A stretch of 56,481 bases of DNA, taken from contig LVLI01000215.1 in the NCBI GenBank assembly GCA_001687465.1, forward strand, positions 1 through 56,481. The letters run 5' to 3'. Source of the stretch: Halocafeteria seosinensis. Lineage: Eukaryota. A model generated the notes under the pieces. That model did not search any database, had not been told where the DNA came from, and worked only from the letters and a program-made list of their open reading frames with translations. The position numbers and the translations under genes are program-made. Shown piece after piece: positions 24,950 through 32,532 of the stretch (positions are counted from its first letter, which is position 1; the number at the start of each line of letters is the position of its first letter).

Positions 24950-25521
24950 TTACTTGCTAGCAGCAGCTCCCTTCTTGGATGATCCTTTAGAAGAAGCTCC
25001 CTTGCTCGCTTTAGCGGCTTTGCTGCTTTTTGCTTTCTCTGTTAAGACCTTCTTTACAATTTTCTGCTCCTCCACAATGAATGCGCGTAAGATACGTTCA
25101 CGGACTGCGGCATGACTCAAGTTACCACCGTAAGCTCGGGACACTGTGCGTTTATGTTGAGGCAAGCGGGCGAATGCTTTCGGCCTAGCACGAGGAATCT
25201 GCAACAAAGCACCCACAAATGCATACTCGGATGAAATCCAAGACTACGAGTACCATCCTAATAGCACAAGCTACATACCCCGTGCAAAGGCTTTCCCGTA
25301 TCACCACATTTCGGTACTCCAGCGCGCTTTCTCAAGTTGTGTGCAAGAAGCCTTCCACCTGTATCACATTAAAACGACGCCATAAAGTGAATAGCAGTGA
25401 CATTTCAGCTTTCCATCGCAGCGCCGTCGCACATACCTGGGGATTTCACCACCCGAATTCGGTTCGAGGTTGTGTTGTAGGAGTGGCGTTTGCGATAGGT
25501 TACTCGGATATCTTTGACCAT
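24950..25521 (-). CDS. RPL34: 60S ribosomal protein L34 (eL34), two coding introns
   Basis: [27 protein letters not shown]...[14 protein letters not shown]...[37 protein letters not shown]. Confidence 0.95.
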
Positions 25522-26238
25522 TTTACCTGCCTATCTTTCTGTAAAGCAAAGTAGCGTTAAATGAATATATGAACCTAATACAGCCCTGTCTGTGGATGAA
25601 GCCGCCCTCTTCCAGTCCTCAATGTCTCCGATCAATCCTCTGAAGCAACGTGTGCATCTATGCACAATCTACACCATACACATAACCGCCCTTGTATTAC
25701 ACAAGCATTGCCATTTCTCTCTTAGAAGGCCCTCAATAAAGAGTGTTTCTGTGCCCCGTCGAAAGGGAGACGAAAACGACAAAAAATGAAAGGCCAGAGG
25801 CAAAGGGGAAACAACAAGGGACACGAGACCCGAGGGTCTCCGTATGCAAGGGGAAGTAGCAGAGAACGGCAAGGGCTCTACCATATCAACCTGAGACTAT
25901 GCACTTACATCCAGAAGGTAAAAACGTAATAGATCTCCCTACTAAGAGAATTTATAAACGCCTCTAATCTCTTGCCGGCTATCAAGTCCGCCCAGCGTGC
26001 ATTGTGGCCGGAAGTGGATAGTGTCACTGGAGGGAGCAAACTTTTGTTGACGTTGAAGTTGGGAGTAGCTTTTCAGGCGAAGTGTTGCTGACAGCAGCTG
26101 TGACCGGTATTATACCCGAGGAACTCCATAAGATGAACGTTTGGCAGAACATGCCCCTACCAGTTCACTAACTGACTCAGTCCATTAGCGTTATTTGTTA
26201 GAAGATGAAGGTTGTCTTTACCCATTGTCAGACGAGAC

Positions 26239-26262
26239 GTGTGTGTGTGTGTGTGTGTGTGT
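26239..26262. repeat. (GT)12 microsatellite
   Basis: Read directly from the sequence. Confidence 0.95.
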
Positions 26263-26399
26263 ATGCCATACTGAGAATTCATTCGATGGTAACGTCGTTT
26301 TCGAAGGTACTGCAGAGAGCAACCTTTTACTCGTAGCCCTGCGCGTTCTGCAACTCAGGGGAAGAGAGGCTTTGAGGGTGAGGCTTTGTCCGCCCGGTC

Positions 26400-27110
26400 A
26401 AAGAAATGAGCCTTCAGCGGGTTATGTATGGTTACGGGCTTCCGTAGTACTGTAGTAGCAGTGTATATAATTATGTCAAGATCAGTAGTCCTGAATTAAT
26501 AATAAGACCAGCCGTTCACACAAGCAATGTGTGAAAGCTTTAACGTCGGTTCCTACACTTAGGCAAATCGCGGCAGTGTAATACCGTAAGCCCACGATCG
26601 ATGGAAGTCTTTGTGTTTACCCATATCTCATTTCTGATCTCTCTCATTTCACCTCCTGATTTCGTTAGCAGCGCTTGGGTGACACGCCATTCCAATAACT
26701 TATTTTCCAATTCCTGCTTATGGACATCGGTAGGTTCTTCGTCCACTTGTTGTTGTACCATCGAGATCATCAGTTCGCATATCTGTGAAACTTGCCGTAT
26801 AATAGGTAACAAAGATATTGTTGCCGTACCATGCCTCTGCCGCTTACCTCGACATGTAACTGGAGTTCCTGTAGGCCAGCGGGTAACCCACTGCGGGTTG
26901 TAGCTTGTCGCCCGTCTGACCTTGCGCTTCCAATGCGTTTCGAACCATTTCCTGATGCACTGCCAGTTCTTCCGCGGCTTGCTTTAAAGAACACGCATGT
27001 GTGCCTTTGTCTCCCAAACAGTCATTTTTATGCGCTTGAAGCAGCTTTCTGACCTCCTTGACCCGCTCACGTTCACACAGAAATTTCGATTCCTCTGCCA
27101 AATTTTGCAT
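26400..27110 (-). pseudogene. Frameshifted paralog of the TPR-like gene at 28282
   Basis: LKQAAEELAVHQE..GDKLQP, LLEWRVTQALLTKSGGEMREIRNEIW and, after a frameshift, YYTAAICLSVGTDVKA and KAHFF match the 28282 gene. Same intron donor position; at least two frameshifts. Confidence 0.75.
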
Positions 27111-28281
27111 CTTAAGTTGGTATTATCGAATCTAACCTGTACCATACAATAGAAAAACAAGTAAAGTTACCCATAATGCTTTGTGGTAAAGAATGGCTGC
27201 GTTGCTTGACACTGTATTAGAGCGCGGAGTGTGTCCAGCGAGAAACGAAAAGATACGGGGACTTACACCTCGATTCCTTTCGTTCAACTATACACAACAC
27301 AGACGGTAATTTGCAAACTACACCTAATACACTTTCCGACACTTTCCTTTTTTGTGTATTCCGTTGGTGCAATTATCAATTATGCCCAATTTATTAGTTC
27401 TGTCAAGGCCTTCTTCGTGGTGTACGAAGCCGCGGCCTTGTGAGATACAATGCTTGTGCTTTATAAGACCATATTATAATGATGCTCTGCAGCACGTCAA
27501 TGTTATAGATAGCTTAGCCATACTAACGCCTCGAAGCTACTTCAGGTATTTACCTCTTGTTCTATCGGATACATCGTGTACGTATTGCGAGCGGGCGGAG
27601 CGTTTCCTCGATTCCTTGCTCCAGCATTATGCGCAGATATCCATTGACAAGACGTAGCTGTCGGTCCTGGAAGCACGCAAGCTTCCTAAGAGTACATCAT
27701 TGCCTATTGTAGCTTACAAATTGGGTGTATATTGTACTACCATACATATGTATGATGAAGTGCAGTCCCTCCGGAGTTCGCCGCTTCCATTTCGATTCCT
27801 TTCGTACAATTTTATACCACACAGACGATAACTGTAATAAACCACGCACAACAGAGCTATAGAAGATGATCAGTTGCTTCTGTGTTATTCGAAACAACCA
27901 ATAGGCAATCTCATATAGCTTGTATCCGCCGGCAACCACATTGGGTCAGGAGTTGGATTTCCGAGTGGAATATTCCACTCTCGCCAACAGTACAATGTGC
28001 AAAAAGATTTGTTTAATTTATTCATTTTGACACTTGAAGAAGGAAAATACCTACATTTATTTTTGCCGAAGGTTAGTGCCCTTGTTTTTACATTTAGTGC
28101 TACTGTGCAACGTAAAGATTCCATATCTTTCCTTCTATGTGTGTCTCAAGAGGTCTGGATTCCTCTTGGGTAATTTAGTCTTTCATTCCTTCCCCACATG
28201 ATATATATCAGCATCAATGCCTTTGTGTATATAAATACTCTGCCATCGAAACGCAGTATAAGCCTAAGAGTCTAAAACGCA

Positions 28282-29704
28282 ATGGCAACATTGCAGGAGG
28301 AATCGAAGACGGAGTTGGTCTTCAAATTTGAGCAGCTCAACAAAGTCAAAGAGCTTCTCCAAGAGCATAATATTCTGAGAGATAAGGATTTATGCTGCGC
28401 ATCTAATGGTACTCTTGGCGAGCCGAAGCGTTCTTCTGAAAACGAAGCAGAAGAAGGACTCGACAACGAGTCCAAAAAGCTCAAAGACTACTTGCGCAAG
28501 GCTGGTGAAGCGCTAGCACCATTTCAAGAAGAACTTCGAACCATCTTGGAAACCAATCATCGCGCAGGGAAAAGACTGCAACCTGTAGATCCGGAAGAAT
28601 GTAAATTTTACGCCGAGGTATGCTTCATATATGTATCAACTCAGATACAGACAGCGTTCCAGCTCCTCACTGCTTCACTGTGTTTATGAGGTCTTAATTG
28701 TCTGTTTGCAGGTTTGTAATCTCATGGAACGCCTTTTGAACCTTCAGACAGATAACCGACAAAGGAAGGAAGAGTCCAAGAAAATCCAAGAAATGATCTT
28801 GGAATGGCGGGCCACTCGGGGTCTAATGACGAAATCCGCTGAAGAGATGCGTCAAATCGGAAATGAAATGTGGACCTACCACAACAATTTCCATCGAGCG
28901 TGGGCTTATTACACGGCTGCTATTTGTCTGAGTTTGGGGAAGGATTTCAAAGCATTATGCAATCGAGCGGTAATTGCTTACGGCAATTATGTGAATCCCA
29001 GCACTGGTGAAGCGTGTGACACGGACAATGAGACGCTGAAAGCTTTATATGACGGATACTTTTCCGCCATTGCAGCGTACAAGTGTGAGCCGACCCACAC
29101 AAAAGCTCATCTCTTTGCAGCCAAACTAGCGAAGGCTCTCGGGTTCTATGACACACTCTCTGAGACTATCAATGGGGCTTACGGGCAAATTCTAGGACGG
29201 TTGGCATCGTCTTCCGGTTTTTTTACTGTCGCTCGTATTTCGGAGTGCATCAACCAAGGCAGACTGGGCATGGGTTCATATAATCCCGACACCCTCGACA
29301 AGAAGTTGGAAGCAATAAGGGCGTCCTGGAAAACCGTCGGAGCTCTGATAGAGGGATGCGCGGAATGCGATGCTAAAACTCAACTCAGAGCACTGGTTGA
29401 TATTATATATCAGGAGCGTGAAAGGACCGCTACGATATATGGAGAGAAATGTACAGCGTTGGAGCAATCCAAGAAGAAATATACTGGGGATGTAAAGTCT
29501 CAACAAGTGATGCAAAGCCACTGCGAGGAATCATTGGATAAAACTGCAAGAATCCCATCTGAGCAACAAGTCCCCTTAAACCAACGGTTTCACGCGATTC
29601 ACGACAACGGGAATTATTTCGAGATGAAGAGCTCTTGCATTGCCTTATCCTTAGCAGAGAATATCTGGCGGAAAAAGTGGATAAAGGGATACATCCTAAT
29701 ATAA
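28282..29704 (+). CDS. TPR-like helical repeat protein, interrupted at ~29667 by the AT-rich island; exons 28282-28617, 28712-29704
   Basis: EMRQIGNEMW...AWAYYTAAICL...KALCNRA...EPTHTKAHLFAAK resembles a TPR triplet. Intron 28618-28711. The last 12 codons (WRKKWIKGYILI) come from the island's palindrome. Confidence 0.65.
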
Positions 29705-29874
29705 TAGGGGATTATTCCCAAAATTTTATAGCAGGGGGTAAAACCCTAAATCCACAGGGAACCTACTACCTGAAGGTAGTAGTCCTATACATTTAGGGCT
29801 TAATCCTCTATAATAAAACTTAGGGGTTTATCCTCAATCATACAGGGATGTATCCCTATATCCACCTTTTCCGC
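29668..29874. repeat. 207-bp imperfect palindrome (long hairpin) at the left boundary of the viral island
   Basis: GCGGAAAAAGTGGATAAAGGGATACATCC... pairs with ...GGATGTATCCCTATATCCACCTTTTCCGC, ungapped over ~84 bp; apex CTACTACC-TGAA-GGTAGTAG. Confidence 0.92.
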
Positions 29875-29875
29875 A

Positions 29876-29928
29876 AAATTACACTTAAAATTAAGTTTTA
29901 ACTTAACTTTTAAATTACACTCAAAATT
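29876..29928 (+). repeat. Two 17-bp direct repeats AAATTACACT(T/C)AAAATT with a short palindrome between them
   Basis: Copies at 29876-29892 and 29912-29928; TTAAGTT-TT-AACTTAA lies between them. Confidence 0.8.
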
Positions 29929-30122
29929 TCATTTTTAAATAAGTAGCTTGAAAGCGAAGCGTGGTTATTGGATTGTAGTCCGAAGCTACAATGACCGAGG
30001 CGTCATTGAGCGTCCTATTCTTATTATTATATTTTCTCTAAATAGAAATTTTTATAATTAGTTTANANTAATTTTAAAAAGAAAATCAATTTCTTCTTTT
30101 TTAATATTTTAAAATTAAAGAA

Positions 30123-30130
30123 AAAATTGA
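30123..30130 (+). promoter_or_regulatory. AAAATTGA, Mimiviridae-type early promoter motif
   Basis: Exact octamer 37 nt upstream of the ATG at 30168. A near copy (GAAATTGA) on the opposite strand at 30086-30093 forms an inverted repeat. The AT-rich context lowers specificity. Confidence 0.55.
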
Positions 30131-30167
30131 TTTTTATATTTTTAAAAATAATAAGTAATATAAAACA

Positions 30168-30449
30168 ATGGGACGAATGAAAGACCACTTGATAGAACAA
30201 GAAGAGAACGAAAATTGCGACTATATGGTTAATACTTGGGGTTCTACTTATTTAGAAGCTAGAAGAATTTATGAAGAAGGTGAACCTAAACATTATTTTG
30301 AGATAGATACTAGTTATACACATGATGAAAGGGAAAACTTTTTTGAAGATTTGAAAATATTTGATTATCCAGTATGGGAATACTTGGCATTTGAAAACCC
30401 AGCTGGAGTTTTACATTGTGTTGATTATATATTTTCTGACCTAGAATAA
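30168..30449 (+). CDS. Small acidic viral hypothetical protein (93 aa)
   Basis: ATG-initiated intronless ORF with AT-rich codons, downstream of AAAATTGA. Confidence 0.7.
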   Translation: MGRMKDHLIEQEENENCDYMVNTWGSTYLEARRIYEEGEPKHYFEIDTSYTHDERENFFEDLKIFDYPVWEYLAFENPAGVLHCVDYIFSDLE

Positions 30450-30452
30450 TAT

Positions 30453-30611
30453 ATGATGAAACAACGATATTTGGTGTGGATGAAACGCAGAACTCCTACA
30501 GGAATATCAAGAAGAAAAATAATAACTTATGCTTTGAGTCCTGATCAAGCTAAACACTTTGCTAAACACAGACTAAGAGGTTATTCTATTCAATCTGTAA
30601 AACGTGATTAG
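30453..30611 (+). CDS. Small basic viral hypothetical protein (52 aa; not in the ORF track)
   Basis: MMKQRYLVWMKRRTPTGISRRKIITYALSPDQAKHFAKHRLRGYSIQSVKRD. Starts 3 nt after the previous stop; its stop overlaps the convergent protease stop. Confidence 0.6.
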   Translation: MMKQRYLVWMKRRTPTGISRRKIITYALSPDQAKHFAKHRLRGYSIQSVKRD

Positions 30612-31159
30612 ATATCCTTTGTGAGCCAACTAACCGTTTGATCAAAGGTTTTTAGACCGAATTTATTACGCTTTTTTTCTAAAAAGTTAATAAAACCTTT
30701 TATCGTTAGGTGTTTTTTACGATAGCGTAAGATGACATAACGACCGCAAGTTTCACTATCCGTATACTGTAATTGTAATTGCTGATCATTATAGTAAATA
30801 GGTTTGGGATTATTTCCTTTAACAACAGATTCAAGAATTCTAGCTCGTGATTGATTTAATTTTTTGTTTTTAGAAAGAGTATTTATACTTAAACTTTGGT
30901 CAGGATAATCACCGTAGCTATCAAAAAAACTAATATATTTACCGTGATCTAAAAGCAGACACCAATGACCGTAAGATTTTTTAAACAAATACAGAATGAT
31001 AACCGCTTTAGAGGGGTTATTTAAAACATCATAGATAGTTTTGTTTTTAGGGATCTCAGCGTATGTAATTATAGGAATTTTTTGTTTGGTGGCTTCTTGT
31101 ATTTGAGCACCACTTAAAGCTTGATATTTTAACTTACTAATAAGATCACTATTGACCAT
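30608..31159 (-). CDS. Adenain-like (clan CE) virion maturation cysteine protease, virophage/Polinton type
   Basis: Catalytic His-Asp-Gln-Cys order: YGHWCLL, ISFFDSYG, QLQ...SETCGRYVILR; 183 aa. Confidence 0.9.
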   Translation of the reverse strand: MVNSDLISKLKYQALSGAQIQEATKQKIPIITYAEIPKNKTIYDVLNNPSKAVIILYLFKKSYGHWCLLLDHGKYISFFDSYGDYPDQSLSINTLSKNKKLNQSRARILESVVKGNNPKPIYYNDQQLQLQYTDSETCGRYVILRYRKKHLTIKGFINFLEKKRNKFGLKTFDQTVSWLTKDI

Positions 31160-31187
31160 TTAAATCTCTATATTTAGAGATTTAAAT
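31158..31187. terminator. Perfect 13-bp stem / 4-nt loop hairpin (mimivirus-style transcript 3'-end signal) containing a TCTA late-promoter-like motif
   Basis: ATTTAAATCTCTA-TATT-TAGAGATTTAAAT fills the whole intergenic gap between the 49-aa ORF stop and the protease ATG. Confidence 0.6.
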
Positions 31188-31336
31188 TAATTTTCTGTTT
31201 CAACGCTAGATTTACATTCAGAATTACCGCACTTACTTTGAAACCAACATTTTTTACGGATCAACTTGTAGATGAGTGGTGAAATTCCAGCACTACCCCC
31301 AATTACTGTTGTAAGGATAATGGTAAGTAGTTCCAT
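31187..31336 (-). CDS. Small viral membrane peptide (49 aa; not in the ORF track)
   Basis: MELLTIILTTVIGGSAGISPLIYKLIRKKCWFQSKCGNSECKSSVETEN: hydrophobic N-terminus, basic patch, three Cys; fills the gap between neighbouring genes. Confidence 0.55.
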   Translation of the reverse strand: MELLTIILTTVIGGSAGISPLIYKLIRKKCWFQSKCGNSECKSSVETEN

Positions 31337-31357
31337 TTCTATAATTAAGCTCAGATT

Positions 31358-32530
31358 TTATTTAAGCTTTTGAATAACTTTTTTGTGTTGAAGTGGAGGA
31401 CCATATGTAGATTTTTTTGTACCGAGATTAGCACCACCTTTCTTCTTACCTTTCTTACCCTTTTTATTTTGCTTCTTTTGCTTTTGTTTTCGTTCTTTTT
31501 CTTGTTGTTTACGAATTTGTTTCTTTTCTTTTTCTGTGGCTAGTATTAAATCGTCAGGATCACCTTGGAAAGTTTTTGTTGCGTGTTTAGGTTTAGCACC
31601 CTTGTTCAACTTTTTGAAAAAGTTAATAGTATCTTTGATATTTTTTACAGGACCTCCACCTTTTTTACCACTTCCTTCTTCAGGTACAGCTTGACCAGAT
31701 TGAGCTGGTGTAGATTGTCCTTGAGTTGGGGCTTTTTCTCCAGTAATACCATTTTGGATAGTATTTAGTTTTTCATTGGGAAGTTTAGACTTATTAGCTC
31801 TAGTCTTAACCATGGACATTAATTGTTCACCATTGGATTCGATCAATTGATCATAGAAAACTTCTAAAGCCGGAACACGATCTCGAGTGTTAAGAGTACT
31901 TTGTAATTTTATTAAATAAAGATAAATGATTATAATTAGACGAAATTTACCCCTGAAAGCTCTTAAAGTAGCTGGCTGAGCTCGGCTTAAAATAGTTTCA
32001 ATTTTAGAGATTAAATTCTTGAGTTGGTCTGATTTAAGTTTTTGACCGTTTTCTTGGAGCATAGTTAAAACCTTTTGAATAGATTCGGTTTTAATTTCAT
32101 CTACTTTGGGATTTTTACCCTGAACAGCTAAAACCCATTCTGAAAGAAGATTTTGGATTTGGAGAATTTCACCTCTAGCTTCAGTTAAGGGCATACTTTT
32201 AGGATTGGGGAGGGCTGTTTCACCACTTTCTTCACCTTGTTCAAAGTTTTGAGCATTTCTTTTTTTTAACCTTAAAAGTTCTTGCTGAAGATTTGGGTTT
32301 TGGCTATTACCCCCTCCTTTTTTATCCAGTGAAAGACCATTTGAATGATTGTTATAGAAGCGACCTTCAATACTACTAGCGATAACACTATTATGTGGGG
32401 CATTATCTAAACGTCTTTTGGTTTCAATTCTGTTTCTAGCTAAATCATAAGCTTGTTGATTAAGGGGATTAGAAAGATTAGCATGATATCCTTTAGGTTT
32501 CTGAGCGAAGTTATCATTTCTACCTAGAAT
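31358..32530 (-). CDS. 5'-truncated basic viral protein with three KKGG motifs (putative core protein precursor)
   Basis: The frame of ORF 31358-32194 stays open without a Met for ~112 more codons up to the island edge; Lys-rich C-terminus. Confidence 0.7.
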   Translation of the reverse strand: MLGRNDNFAQKPKGYHANLSNPLNQQAYDLARNRIETKRRLDNAPHNSVIASSIEGRFYNNHSNGLSLDKKGGGNSQNPNLQQELLRLKKRNAQNFEQGEESGETALPNPKSMPLTEARGEILQIQNLLSEWVLAVQGKNPKVDEIKTESIQKVLTMLQENGQKLKSDQLKNLISKIETILSRAQPATLRAFRGKFRLIIIIYLYLIKLQSTLNTRDRVPALEVFYDQLIESNGEQLMSMVKTRANKSKLPNEKLNTIQNGITGEKAPTQGQSTPAQSGQAVPEEGSGKKGGGPVKNIKDTINFFKKLNKGAKPKHATKTFQGDPDDLILATEKEKKQIRKQQEKERKQKQKKQNKKGKKGKKKGGANLGTKKSTYGPPLQHKKVIQKLK

Positions 32531-32532
32531 TC

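Larger units (their letters stand above)
29668..32530. mobile_element. Endogenous virophage / Polinton-like virus fragment (one terminus plus five ORFs)
   Basis: Abrupt switch to AT-rich, intronless, tightly packed ORFs; adenain-type protease; structured left terminus; right end breaks inside a viral ORF. No capsid, ATPase or integrase gene is present. Confidence 0.85.

Noticed and set aside
25522..25900. Possible snoRNA in the RPL34 5' intron/upstream region
   Set aside because: No convincing C/D or H/ACA box arrangement found by eye.
29741..29826. CCCTAAA / TTTAGGG / TTAGGG telomere-like words
   Set aside because: Isolated single units inside the palindrome arms, not tandem telomeric arrays.
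29685..29857. Spaced palindromic units resembling a CRISPR array
   Set aside because: The units are degenerate, the spacers are too short and mirror each other across the hairpin, there are no cas genes, and the context is eukaryotic.
29668..32530. Island as a spliceosomal intron, organellar insert or bacterial contaminant
   Set aside because: No GT/GC...AG ends at the junctions, no organellar genes, and the protease and promoter motifs are of eukaryotic DNA virus type.
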